Positions 30,398-39,319 of a stretch of 39,319 bases of DNA are shown here, one piece after another. Source of the stretch: Cyanobacteriota bacterium (GTDB taxonomy: Bacteria > Cyanobacteriota > Cyanobacteriia > Cyanobacteriales > Nostocaceae); assembly GCA_046045965.1 (NCBI GenBank), contig JBJOKS010000037.1, positions 1 to 39,319 of the forward strand, read 5' to 3'. A program made the translations under genes and the position numbers. The first letter of the stretch is position 1. The number at the start of each line of letters is the position of its first letter. The notes beneath the pieces are model-generated. The model saw nothing but the letters and a program-made list of their open reading frames with translations, was not told the origin of the DNA and ran no database searches.

Positions 30398-31537
30398 TTA
30401 TGACCTAGCAGCGCGACTAGCAGACAATTGCGCCTCTCCGTAAAGATACTGCCCCAAAGCGTTAGCTTGGCGGGAAGGTGCAGCTAAATAGGCATTAATT
30501 CTGGCTTCTTTGAGTAAACGTTGTACATCTTCCCAGAAGAACTCACCACCGCCACCAGTGATAATCACATCAGTTACACGCTCTGGCAACCAAGCCAATA
30601 CACGAGAGCAAATATCCCGTGAAAACATTTCGGTAAGGTTAGGGAGAAAATCGTCTAAATTGGTGGGTTTGCTTTCACCTTTGGGACGGTAAAAACGCTC
30701 ACCCTTGGGTTTGTTAACGGCAGAAATCAGTGCTAGAGACTGGCTATCAGCCCCTGGAATTTCCTTAGCAACAAGTTCATAGAACTCACTCATACCAAAA
30801 TTTTCGCTTTGAGAAAGACCTCTAGCGAACCGGAAGTTATCAACCATAATGAGGTCAATGGTTTGATGTCCAATATCCACAATACCTACAGAAATTTTGG
30901 TCAAATCAGGAATTCCCGGACCTTTGTTGGGTTGAGCTTCTGTCCATAAAAGACTGCCATAACCCTCTGGCATTACCCAAACTTTGGTGATATTCAAGGA
31001 CAAAGACTCACCCCGGAAGTTAAAAACATGGGGACCTGTCACCAAGCTAATTAACTTTGCTTTTTCTCTCTCAAATTGTTCTAAGGAAAGGAAAGGCAGA
31101 CCCAATACAACGGAAATTTCGTCTTTGAGTTTAAAGTAGCCAGCAGCAGCCAATACTTTGACCAGTGCATCTTCTACCTTAGATTGTCCAACTCCTAAAC
31201 CTGCGCCAAAGTCCGCTGCTAACTGTCCTACGGCGAATCCAGTACCTTGATATTCCAGCCACAAATCCATTAAAGGATCAGTTGCCTTAGATTCAAACAC
31301 CCCACCGCGTATTTGTTCCATTGACATTTGCTTGACATTGGCAGGGATGAAGGCTACAGTTCCTGGTTCGCGGCTGACACAAGTTTTGGTGGAGGTTCTA
31401 CCCAAGTCAACACTGAGAATATTTTTCCCTGAAACACCAACTGGCTTATTAACGTTGTTTATAGGGGTTGACGCTACTCGATTCATTGGTATAGCAGCGG
31501 CATTCATTGGGTTAGCTACGGGAGGTTGGTCTGTCAT
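30398..31537 (-). CDS. parM: ParM/StbA-family actin-like ATPase (CorM-type)
   Basis: Actin-fold motifs: SVDLGRTSTKT (P1), MPEGYG (C1), VDIGHQTID (P2), ITGGGG (adenosine), ANALG (C2). Confidence 0.92.
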   Translation of the reverse strand: MTDQPPVANPMNAAAIPMNRVASTPINNVNKPVGVSGKNILSVDLGRTSTKTCVSREPGTVAFIPANVKQMSMEQIRGGVFESKATDPLMDLWLEYQGTGFAVGQLAADFGAGLGVGQSKVEDALVKVLAAAGYFKLKDEISVVLGLPFLSLEQFEREKAKLISLVTGPHVFNFRGESLSLNITKVWVMPEGYGSLLWTEAQPNKGPGIPDLTKISVGIVDIGHQTIDLIMVDNFRFARGLSQSENFGMSEFYELVAKEIPGADSQSLALISAVNKPKGERFYRPKGESKPTNLDDFLPNLTEMFSRDICSRVLAWLPERVTDVIITGGGGEFFWEDVQRLLKEARINAYLAAPSRQANALGQYLYGEAQLSASRAARS

Positions 31538-31713
31538 GAAAGCTCCTATGTGGTGACTTAACTGTAAAAAGTTATCATGCCCATCTTACAAAAATGCAAG
31601 ATCAAAAAAATTTTCAGTTGGGTCAAGTGTAGCTAGAAATACGTCAAAATTTATTGTAGGCGATGGAAAATTTAGCATTATTTTGGCTTCATCGTATAGG
31701 TGAGATGTTCACA

Positions 31714-31837
31714 TATAGCAAGTAGTCAATGGATACGTTCCGGTAGCAGGTCCCTAAAGCAGTCAGATTGGGAAAACCTTTGTCTAATCAGGAGTTGAGA
31801 ATTTGAGCTTGTCCTGATCACCTTGGCAACTGCTATA
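31714..31837. mobile_element. possible degenerate TA-flanked MITE remnant
   Basis: TATAGCA...TGCTATA termini; the right end TGTCCTGATCACCTTGGCAACTGCTATA resembles a recalled Nostocales MITE end. Confidence 0.4.
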
Positions 31838-31871
31838 CATTGCTATACATACTTGTTTGACTGAACTAAAT

Positions 31872-32495
31872 TCATCTGCCTGTTCCTTGACGTTTGCGCT
31901 TGAGTACCCAAAGGAAGAATACCAGCACTACACCCCCCAGGACAATTTTAGATACAGGGGCAAGGTATGTATCCACAAGTTCATACTGAGTCCCTAACAA
32001 GTATCCGGAATATGTGAGCAAGGCGACCCAGACAGCACTACCAAGGGTGGTGTACAATAAGAACGGCAACAAGGGCATATTGCTCATACCAGCGGGAACA
32101 GATATTAAGGTACGGATTCCCGGCACAAGACGACCAATTAATACTGCTTTCCCACCTTGTCTGTTGAACCAGCTTTTAGCCTTATCAATATCTTCGCTAG
32201 ATATAGCCAGCCACTTACCGTACTTATTGGCTAATCTTTTCAAGCGTCGTTCTTCCAAGAATTTACCTGGATAGTACCAGATCAGTGCGCCAGCTACTGA
32301 ACCCAAAAGTCCTGATAAAAATACGCCCAATATATTCAGTTTTGCCCCTCCTGGTTGGTAAGGACTGGCTGTAAATCCCGCCAGTGGCATAATCAATTCA
32401 GAAGGTATAGGGGGAAATACATTCTCCAAGAACATCAGTAGAGCAATTCCTGAATATCCCAAGGAGTTGATAGTGTTAGTTATCCATTCGAGCAT
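31872..32495 (-). CDS. DedA family membrane protein
   Basis: LENVFPPIPSELIMPLAG, GRLVPGIRTLISVPAG. Start at ATG 32495; the upstream extension is STRR-derived. Confidence 0.93.
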   Translation of the reverse strand: MLEWITNTINSLGYSGIALLMFLENVFPPIPSELIMPLAGFTASPYQPGGAKLNILGVFLSGLLGSVAGALIWYYPGKFLEERRLKRLANKYGKWLAISSEDIDKAKSWFNRQGGKAVLIGRLVPGIRTLISVPAGMSNMPLLPFLLYTTLGSAVWVALLTYSGYLLGTQYELVDTYLAPVSKIVLGGVVLVFFLWVLKRKRQGTGR

Positions 32496-32496
32496 A

Positions 32497-32646
32497 TTGG
32501 TGATTGGTGATTGGTGATTGGTGATTGGTAATTGGTAATTGGTAATTAGAAAATTAATCCTTAAAAATCTGTATGTACTAAAAGAAGAAATCTTCCCAGT
32601 CACCAGTCACCAGTCCCCAGTCACCAGTCCCCAGTCACCAGTCCCC
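32497..32646. repeat. STRR arrays (TTGGTGA/TTGGTAA)n and (CCAGTCA/CCAGTCC)n
   Basis: Read directly at about 32497-32546 and 32595-32646. Confidence 0.9.
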
Positions 32647-32650
32647 TATT

Positions 32651-33730
32651 CTAGACAGTTGGCGTTAATGATTGTACTCTCGATTCGGATTCCCAGTCTA
32701 ATGGGTTCCAAACCCTTTCTTCTACAGCCATCTGCTCAATTAAACTCGCTAATCTCAGGGCTTTTAGGGCTTGTTCACCACCCACAGAAGGCTGATTCCC
32801 TCCATGTACACAGTTGACAAAATGCTCTAACTCTGCGCTTAAAGGTTGAACGTTACTAGTATAGACTTTTTCTATCAAACCATCTTGCCTGTAAAGTACC
32901 TGCCGATGGTCGTTTGTAGTGTGGCTGTTTTGCCGATGAATCAAAATTTCATTCTTGAGAAAATCAGCTTCTGTGAATGAATTTTTGCAATGGGCAACGA
33001 TGCGGCGAATTTTGCGATGAGTGACTTTACTGGCGGTGAGAGTGGCAACAATACCATTGGCAAAGCCCAAGGTGGCAGTTACATAATCTAAATAACCAGA
33101 GTCTAGGGAACGAGTACCATTAGCTGTCAATTTGACGACGGGAGAACCAGCTAATTCTAAAAGTAGGTCAATGTCATGGATCATTAAATCCAGAACTACT
33201 GAAACATCATTCGCCCTAGCTGAATAAGGACTCATCCGATGAGCTTCCAACGCCAAGACTTCCTCTGTTTTCAGGACTTGGCTGAGTTCTCTAAATGCTG
33301 GATTAAAACGCTCAATGTGGCCTACTTGCAAAATACATTGAGATTCAGCGGCGGCGTTGACGAGTGATTCTGCTTCGGAAATACTCGCAGCAATTGGCTT
33401 TTCAATCAAAACATGAATTCCCGCTAACAGACAGTTGATGCCTACGGCATAATGTAAGCGAGTGGGTACAGCAATACAAACTGCATCTACATGGGGTAGC
33501 AAGTCGCAGTAGTCTTCAAAAAAACGGACTTTGTATTTGCTGGCAGTTTCTAAGCCTCGTTCAACGTTAATATCGGAAACGCCTATCAGTTCAACATCTT
33601 TCATTGAACTCAATACGCGGGTGTGATGTTGTCCCATGTTACCCACCCCAATCACGCCTATGCGGATTGCTCGTGGCTGGTTGCGCTGTGAATATAGATT
33701 TGGTTCTGCCACTGACATGCTATTCTGCAC
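32651..33730 (-). CDS. Gfo/Idh/MocA family oxidoreductase
   Basis: IGVIGVGNMG, HVLIEKP, GHIERFNP, DLMIHDID; probable GTG start 33730 after GAGGAG. Confidence 0.92.
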   Translation of the reverse strand: MQNSMSVAEPNLYSQRNQPRAIRIGVIGVGNMGQHHTRVLSSMKDVELIGVSDINVERGLETASKYKVRFFEDYCDLLPHVDAVCIAVPTRLHYAVGINCLLAGIHVLIEKPIAASISEAESLVNAAAESQCILQVGHIERFNPAFRELSQVLKTEEVLALEAHRMSPYSARANDVSVVLDLMIHDIDLLLELAGSPVVKLTANGTRSLDSGYLDYVTATLGFANGIVATLTASKVTHRKIRRIVAHCKNSFTEADFLKNEILIHRQNSHTTNDHRQVLYRQDGLIEKVYTSNVQPLSAELEHFVNCVHGGNQPSVGGEQALKALRLASLIEQMAVEERVWNPLDWESESRVQSLTPTV

Positions 33731-34271
33731 TATTATTTTCTCCTCAACCACCAAATTTAGAAACGCTACGGTCGTTGGCATTTATACTGAACTGCCTGGT
33801 GCGATCCGTCTAAAACCATCCAGATGGTAACATAGTGGTTCTATTTATGAAGAATTTCAAAGTTTATGTTCAGTTCCCACTATCTTGCTAACTTTTCGAT
33901 AGATAGTTATTAATTGCCCTGTTGTTTGTAATTGACACCAACGAAAATGTGTTGTTTTCCTGACTTTACAATCTCTGTGATACCTAAGTGATAGTTCTCA
34001 GGTGGCAGTTAGGCAATTAATAACTAGGATAACTACTTGATTTCCATCTGGATAAATTGTTTACATTTAGCTTTCAGTAAAATTATCAATAACTGTAATT
34101 TTCAGCAAGATTTTCTGCAAAAATGTTGCCCTCGATACTGTAAATTATTTTTTCCATTTTGATTTGCATTTTGATTTGCATTTTGAATTTAATTTTCGGT
34201 TTGTTGCATTTTGTTGATTGTCTCACTTTTTGGATGAAATTGGTGTTAGTTTTTTTGGAGGGTTTTGACTG

Positions 34272-34946
34272 ATGAAAGCTGTTATTCTTTTGTCTGGGGG
34301 ATTGGATTCTGCTACGGTTCTCTATCAAGCAAGGGTTGATGGTTGTGAATGTTACGCCATTTCCTTTGATTACCAGCAGCGACACCGCCGAGAGCTACAA
34401 TCAGCTTTGTTTGTAGCGCAATCTGTAGGGGTAGTTCAACATCAGATAGTGAATTTTGATTTACGGCTATGGGGTGGTTCAGCGTTGACGGATGATGCGA
34501 TCGCTCTCCCTGAAGATCGTTCCCTTGAGCAAATGTCACAAAATATTCCTGTCACTTATGTCCCTGCCCGGAATACTATTTTTTTAAGTTTTGCTTTGGG
34601 TTATGCTGAGACTATCGGCGCACAACGTGTATACATCGGTGTTAATGCTTTGGATTACTCTGGTTATCCTGATTGTCGTCCTGATTATATCCAAGCGATG
34701 CAGGAAGTTTTCCGTTTGGGAACTAAACAAGGTCGGGAAGGACAACCTATTGAAATTATTGCACCGCTAATTAATTTGAAGAAAACCGAAATTATCCAAC
34801 TTGGCAACCAGTTGGGTGTACCTTGGGAGTTAACTTGGTCTTGTTATGCTGGTGGTGATCAAGCCTGTGGGGTTTGTGATTCTTGTCGGTTGCGGTTAGC
34901 TGCTTTTACTGAGTTGGGTTTACAAGATCCTGTGGATTATGTTTAG
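34272..34946 (+). CDS. queC: 7-cyano-7-deazaguanine synthase
   Basis: SGGLDS, YVPARN, GYPDCR, TWSCY..CGVCDSC. Confidence 0.97.
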   Translation: MKAVILLSGGLDSATVLYQARVDGCECYAISFDYQQRHRRELQSALFVAQSVGVVQHQIVNFDLRLWGGSALTDDAIALPEDRSLEQMSQNIPVTYVPARNTIFLSFALGYAETIGAQRVYIGVNALDYSGYPDCRPDYIQAMQEVFRLGTKQGREGQPIEIIAPLINLKKTEIIQLGNQLGVPWELTWSCYAGGDQACGVCDSCRLRLAAFTELGLQDPVDYV

Positions 34947-35033
34947 CTTATAATCCTATCACTTGTTGGTCTTAAACTCAATTTACCACTACCTGAGAAT
35001 GACTGTAAAAATATCAGGCAAATATGCAGAAAC

Positions 35034-35870
35034 ATGAAAACCGATAAAATATTTTATACGCTCTTTCAAGTTTTTCCAGAATTAATATTTCAATTAATAG
35101 GAAAATCTGCTCATCTTGCCGAAAGCTATAAATTTCAATCAGTAGAAATTAAAGAATTAGCTTTTAGACTTGATGGTGTATTTTTACCAGATGAAAATCA
35201 CCCTAATTATCCGATTTACTTTGTTGAAGTTCAGTTTCAAAAGGATGATGATTTTTATTGGCGATTCATCACGGAAATCTTCATATACTTAAATCAGTAT
35301 AAACCCTCGCGTCCTTGTCATGCCATAGTTATTTGGGCAAAACGTAGCTTAGATGAAAGTTTACCATTAGCTTATCAAGAATTGCTGGTCAATCAAAACA
35401 TTCACAAGATATACTTGGATCAACTCAATCAAGTATCTACCAACTCTCTAGGTTTAGGGATTATCAAATTTATCACAGTTTCAGAAGCTGAAGCAACTGA
35501 ACAAGTAGAATCCTTAATTAACCAAGCTAAACAGGAAGTTACTGATGAACTGATTCAACAGAATGTAATAGAATTAATTGAAAAAATCATCGTCTATAAA
35601 TTTCCCCAAAAAAGCCGTCAGGAGTTAGAAAAAATGTTCAACTTAACTGAATGGAGACAAACAAAATTCTACCAAGAAGCCAAAGAAGAAGGGAAACTAG
35701 AAGGGAAGCTAGAAGGGAAAATAGAAGGGAAACTAGAAGGTGAAGAGGAAGGAAAATTAAAAACCGTACCTTTGTTATTAAAACTAGGATTAAATATTGA
35801 ACAAATCGCCCAGGAATTAGGGATAGAAATTGACAAAATTCGTCAATTTATAGCTAGTCAAAATAATTAG
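35034..35870 (+). CDS. Rpn-family nuclease (DUF2887-type)
   Basis: MKTDKIFY, SVEIKELAFRLDG, YFVEVQFQ (PD-(D/E)xK-like), (EGKL)n tail. Confidence 0.9.
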   Translation: MKTDKIFYTLFQVFPELIFQLIGKSAHLAESYKFQSVEIKELAFRLDGVFLPDENHPNYPIYFVEVQFQKDDDFYWRFITEIFIYLNQYKPSRPCHAIVIWAKRSLDESLPLAYQELLVNQNIHKIYLDQLNQVSTNSLGLGIIKFITVSEAEATEQVESLINQAKQEVTDELIQQNVIELIEKIIVYKFPQKSRQELEKMFNLTEWRQTKFYQEAKEEGKLEGKLEGKIEGKLEGEEEGKLKTVPLLLKLGLNIEQIAQELGIEIDKIRQFIASQNN

Positions 35871-35951
35871 GGTCTTGCTGTCCGCGTAGCGTGCCGTCAG
35901 GCATAAAAGTAATCTGTGAGTGCGAGGAGTCAGGATAAAAACTTAATTTTT

Positions 35952-36041
35952 CTCCCCCTGCTTCCCCTGCTTCCCCTGCTTCCCCTGCTTCCCCTGCTTC
36001 CCCTGCTTCCCCTGCTTCCCCTGCTTCCCCTGCTCCCTCTG
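35952..36041. repeat. 9-mer tandem repeat (CTTCCCCTG)x8 with degenerate flanks, enclosed by AGGAGTCAGGA / TCCTGACTCCT inverted ends
   Basis: Perfect copies at 35961-36032; inverted ends near 35926 and 36049-36059. Confidence 0.92.
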
Positions 36042-36066
36042 CTCCTCCTCCTGACTCCTGCTATAT

Positions 36067-37443
36067 TTAACCTAAAGGTTCATCTGACAATCTTCTAATT
36101 TCAATTTGGTGCAAGCGTGGTCCGCTAACTGAGACTACAGTAAATTCAAGATTCTCATAGTTGAATATTTCCCCTTTAGCGGGGATTTTTTGCAAGTGAT
36201 AAAGTAAAAAGCCTCCCAAAGTTTGGTATTCTCTTGTCAAGGGTAAATTAAGATGTAAAACTTCATTGAGTTCTTCTAGGTTTATCTGTGCTTGCACTAA
36301 AAACGTCTGCTTGTCTAACATTTGAACTAGCAAATCATCACTAATTCCTGGTTCATTTGCATTCCCAATAATTTCCGCAATCACATCTTGAATTGTCACT
36401 ATTCCCACAGTAGCGCCAAATTCATTGACAACAATTACCATCGCTGGTTTTTCTTGCTGCATCATTGGCAATAATTCGCTCAACAGTGTCTGTTCTGGGA
36501 CAAACCTGGGAGGACGCATCCAAGGGTAAATTTGTGTTTCTAATGTCATTTTCCCAACGGATAGCGGTGTTGCTAAATCTTGAAAATAAACAATACCGCG
36601 AATGTCGTCTAAAGATTCCCCAATGATGGGATAACGGGAATGACCTGTAGAGGTTATTTCCTCAAGTAATGACTGAAAGTTGGCATCGTCTGGTAAAGCA
36701 ATAATGTTAGTGCGGGGGATCATTACATCTTGGGCGGTTATGTCTCCAAACTCAAAGACATTATTCAGCAGTTCTCGTTCTGATAATTCTAAACCTGTTG
36801 ATTCTCGTTCTGTGGATATAATCAGTTGTAATTCTTCAGGAGTAACTGGAGGTCTCCAACTTTGACCTGTGTATTCAATCCCAAATAATCGTAACAGGTA
36901 ACGGGTTGATTGGTTGAGAATCCAAATTACAGGGCTAAAAAACCGGACAATGGCTTTCACTGAAGGACCCAAAAACCTTGCCAGTTTTTCTGAATACAGC
37001 ATAGCAACTGATTTAGGGAATAATTCCCCTAAAACAATTTGCAAATAGGCAATTAAAAAAAAGGTAATGGGAACTGATAGAGAATGAGCTAGAAAATTAC
37101 TCAAACTAATGGGTAAAGGCCAAGATTTTAACCATGCTTCCACCAGCACAACAATACTACTTTCTCCAATCCAACCTAATGCCAAACTAGAGAGAGTAAT
37201 ACCTAATTGAGCAGTAGATAGCAACCTATCAATACTACGTTGTAACATTTCTACAGCGATCGCAGGTATATCACCAGCCTGAACCAGCTGATGGATACGT
37301 GTTCGCCGCACTGTCACCATTGAAAATTCCGCTGTCACAAAAAAGGCATTAATCGCAATCAGCAGTAGCACTGACAACAATTTTAACCCTAAATCTGTCC
37401 AAATTAACTGAGAAAAAGCACTCACTTCTAAAGCTCGTGTCAA
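36067..37443 (-). CDS. HlyC/CorC (CNNM-CBS-CorC) family protein
   Basis: NAFFVTAEF, QLGITL, GELFPK, HSRYP, VVNEFG, YQTLGG. Confidence 0.93.
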   Translation of the reverse strand: MTRALEVSAFSQLIWTDLGLKLLSVLLLIAINAFFVTAEFSMVTVRRTRIHQLVQAGDIPAIAVEMLQRSIDRLLSTAQLGITLSSLALGWIGESSIVVLVEAWLKSWPLPISLSNFLAHSLSVPITFFLIAYLQIVLGELFPKSVAMLYSEKLARFLGPSVKAIVRFFSPVIWILNQSTRYLLRLFGIEYTGQSWRPPVTPEELQLIISTERESTGLELSERELLNNVFEFGDITAQDVMIPRTNIIALPDDANFQSLLEEITSTGHSRYPIIGESLDDIRGIVYFQDLATPLSVGKMTLETQIYPWMRPPRFVPEQTLLSELLPMMQQEKPAMVIVVNEFGATVGIVTIQDVIAEIIGNANEPGISDDLLVQMLDKQTFLVQAQINLEELNEVLHLNLPLTREYQTLGGFLLYHLQKIPAKGEIFNYENLEFTVVSVSGPRLHQIEIRRLSDEPLG

Positions 37444-37479
37444 AATTACGCCGATACTAAACCGTTAACAATAGCATTT

Positions 37480-38181
37480 CTATTTTTCCACAGGAATATC
37501 GGATACCTGTAATTTTAGTCTTTGCGCGGGATAATCTGTTAGCGCCAGTGATATATTACTCACATCATCCAGTAAAGCTGTGGGTATGCTGATTGTACCT
37601 GTAAATGTCGGTCCCTTGCCTGGTAATTCGGCGGGTAGTCCTTCTGTAATGGCGCTCAAAGTTCTGCCTTTATCATCAGTGACATCTAAAAAACTATAGA
37701 GAAACCTTACCGAATCAGTAGCTTTATTTTGCATTTTGACTCTTAGTAATAGATCCCCACCAGAGTATCGAGCCGATTGTACGGACATTGTTACACCTTC
37801 ACTCTCTGCCACAACCGGAAATCCCGGTTCTAGTTTTTCTTCTACCACCTCTTCGCGCTTTTCCTCTGGTTCAGGCTTCTTAGCTTTGATTTCTTCTTCG
37901 TCTTCCTCTCGGTTTTTGGCTTTGTGATCAGGTTTATTATCCTGCATTCGCGCTTTTACATTTTTGATAATATCTTCCTCTTTTAAAAGAGCTACTCCTG
38001 CCGATTGAGCGTTATTATTCTTATTACTGGCTAATTTAGATGTGGGACGGCCATCTGGTGATGTCACACCCTTAAGCGCAGAGCTTCCCATTGAAAACCC
38101 CAAAAATGCGCTCACAGAACCTGCTCCCATCATCAGGGTTAACAAAATCAACGTCAGAATTACAGTGGAGTTTATTTTCAT
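37480..38181 (-). CDS. conserved cyanobacterial hypothetical membrane-anchored protein
   Basis: N-terminal TM helix, charged linker, beta-rich C-terminal domain (VRFLYSFL..TDYP). Confidence 0.8.
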   Translation of the reverse strand: MKINSTVILTLILLTLMMGAGSVSAFLGFSMGSSALKGVTSPDGRPTSKLASNKNNNAQSAGVALLKEEDIIKNVKARMQDNKPDHKAKNREEDEEEIKAKKPEPEEKREEVVEEKLEPGFPVVAESEGVTMSVQSARYSGGDLLLRVKMQNKATDSVRFLYSFLDVTDDKGRTLSAITEGLPAELPGKGPTFTGTISIPTALLDDVSNISLALTDYPAQRLKLQVSDIPVEK

Positions 38182-38303
38182 CGCTGACCAGCTATTACAG
38201 AAAAAACGTAGTTTATATATTAGTCAAGAAAGACAGGGACTGGGGACTGGGTAATAAATTAATTCTTACCAATTACCTGCCTAAACTAGAATTTTTTTAA
38301 ATT

Positions 38304-38332
38304 TTGCTCATGTTGTAAAATCATGCTATACT
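38304..38332 (+). promoter_or_regulatory. putative sigma70-type promoter for the tRNA
   Basis: TTGCTC-17 bp-TATACT with an extended -10 TG. Confidence 0.5.
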
Positions 38333-38441
38333 CATAGACGTGCGTTTGTCTAAAAGTCAAAAATAATTGACTCAAGCTCAAATGATAACAAAGAGTTAGC
38401 ATTAAAGCTTAAGTAGACAAAACTAAAATCTAGCACAACAA

Positions 38442-38514
38442 GCGCCTTTGGCCGATTGGGGAGGCAACGAACTCATAATTCGTCTTCAGGCTGGTTCGAT
38501 TCCAGCAGGGCGCA
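38442..38514 (+). tRNA. tRNA with CAT anticodon, probably tRNA-Ile2 (lysidine) rather than Met; CCA not encoded
   Basis: Acceptor GCGCCTT/AGGGCGC+A, D-arm GCC..GGC, anticodon arm ACGAA-CTCATAA-TTCGT, T-arm GCTGG-TTCGATT-CCAGC. Lacks the fMet C1:A72 mismatch and the GGG/CCC anticodon stem. Confidence 0.92.
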
Positions 38515-38633
38515 TTTAAGGATAAAGTAGATATAATAACGCTTTTGGATTGGGTGAGTAGTTACTTAACTACCTACTTTCTCTCAATACAAACCATCCC
38601 AATACTTTTCGGTTAAGCCCAAAAAATATAATA

Positions 38634-38711
38634 TGTAGGTTGGGTTGACGTTAGGAAACCCAACATTGATAGGCTTTTGTTGGGTTGCGCTATCGCTTAA
38701 CCCAACCTACA
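38634..38711. repeat. REP/REPIN-like inverted repeat (GTAG-type)
   Basis: TGTAGGTTGGGTT...AACCCAACCTACA with internal AACCCAACA/TGTTGGGTT palindromes. Confidence 0.8.
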
Positions 38712-38819
38712 AAAACTCTTAACTACCTGCTTTCTCTCAGTTGTATCCCCAAACAACTACTTAGGGCTAAATGGTTGATTAAGATAAAATTATTGTATTT
38801 CATTACTTAATACCAGACG

Positions 38820-39319
38820 ATGAAACCAACATCTCAAACAGGTGTAGCATTCATTACTACCGGAACTATCACAGGTGCGGGTATTTCCTCCACTGTGGGA
38901 GGTATGGGAATAGCAGGAAGCTTTGGTGCAGTGGGAATAGGTGCAACTTCTGTCACTGCTGCGGGTGCGGTTGTGGGTGCTGCTATATACGGTGCATTTA
39001 CAGGAATGACAACAGGTGATACAGCCGCTTTTAGCACAATGGGAATAGGTGGTATTGGTGGTTTGGGTTTTTCGCAAATTGTTGGTAGCATAGGATTTGT
39101 AGCGCCTAAAATTGGTTTAGCTTATGGTATTGGTGCTGTACCAATGACGGTAATAGGTGCGGTTTTCGGACTTGCTGCTTATGGTGTTTTTAAAGTATTA
39201 GATAATTCCGAATTTAAAGAAACTCCCATGCAAGTTTTTGAACGCATGGAAACAAAAGTTTTAGAAATGGATTATTACCATGCGGCATTATTAGAATTAT
39301 CAGGTGAAGATATTAACCA
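38820..39319 (+). CDS. 5' part of a Gly-zipper/hydrophobic N-terminal protein; runs off the window
   Basis: ATG 38820: MKPTSQTGVAFITTGTITGAGISSTVGGMGIAGSFGAVGIGA...GLAAYGVFKVLDNSEFKETP, with no stop before the end. Confidence 0.8.
   Translation, partial: MKPTSQTGVAFITTGTITGAGISSTVGGMGIAGSFGAVGIGATSVTAAGAVVGAAIYGAFTGMTTGDTAAFSTMGIGGIGGLGFSQIVGSIGFVAPKIGLAYGIGAVPMTVIGAVFGLAAYGVFKVLDNSEFKETPMQVFERMETKVLEMDYYHAALLELSGEDIN

Noticed and set aside
31538..31870. parC centromere or plasmid origin for ParM/ParR
   Set aside because: No iteron array; only one 10-bp duplication (TGCTATACAT x2). The flanking genes are chromosomal housekeeping genes.
34241..34271. preQ1 riboswitch upstream of queC (the reverse strand reads CCCTCCAAAAAAACTAA, like a preQ1-I 3' tail)
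   Set aside because: Wrong strand. It is the GGAGG SD with a U-rich spacer, and no P1 stem or aptamer was found on the sense strand in 33790-34270.
34086..34385. 99-aa minus-strand ORF with MQIK repeats
   Set aside because: Overlaps queC antisense; the repeat comes from the intergenic 12-mer TTTTGATTTGCA
35952..36041. CRISPR array, or the LPL-repeat ORF 35916-36098
   Set aside because: Head-to-tail 9-mers with no spacers and no cas genes; the ORF is translated repeat
38790..39091. minus-strand Cys-rich (RiPP/metallothionein-like) and Pro-rich ORFs
   Set aside because: Antisense shadows of the Gly-rich plus-strand gene starting at 38820

Overview
Chromosomal window of a filamentous cyanobacterium, most likely Nostocales. 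The assignment rests on about 20 HIP1 GCGATCGC sites, abundant 7-9-nt STRR tandem repeats and short dispersed repeats. Core content: the 3' end of a plmA-like GntR gene, tig-clpP-clpX, asd-dapA-rnj, a catalytically substituted orthocaspase, rpmF, an aldehyde dehydrogenase with a hybrid kinase, ureD-ureA-ureB-ureC, a Tat metallophosphoesterase, a ferredoxin/DUF3326/CPBP cluster, DedA, a Gfo/Idh/MocA oxidoreductase, queC, a CorC-like protein and a tRNA-CAT (probably Ile2). The most notable system is a chromosomal ParM-family actin plus ParR-like adaptor with no visible parC or plasmid context. It matches the CorMR-type system, recalled as a segregation machine repurposed as a cell-shape cytoskeleton. 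Accessory patches (about 10.5-11.1, 17.6-18.0, 21.4-25.3 and 35.0-35.9 kb) show repeated toxin loss with antitoxin retention, intragenic RpnS-like starts, a frameshifted gene, a headless WG-repeat gene and an HTH-STAND ATPase preceded by helically phased repeats. All family assignments come from motif recognition by eye; no database searches were run.
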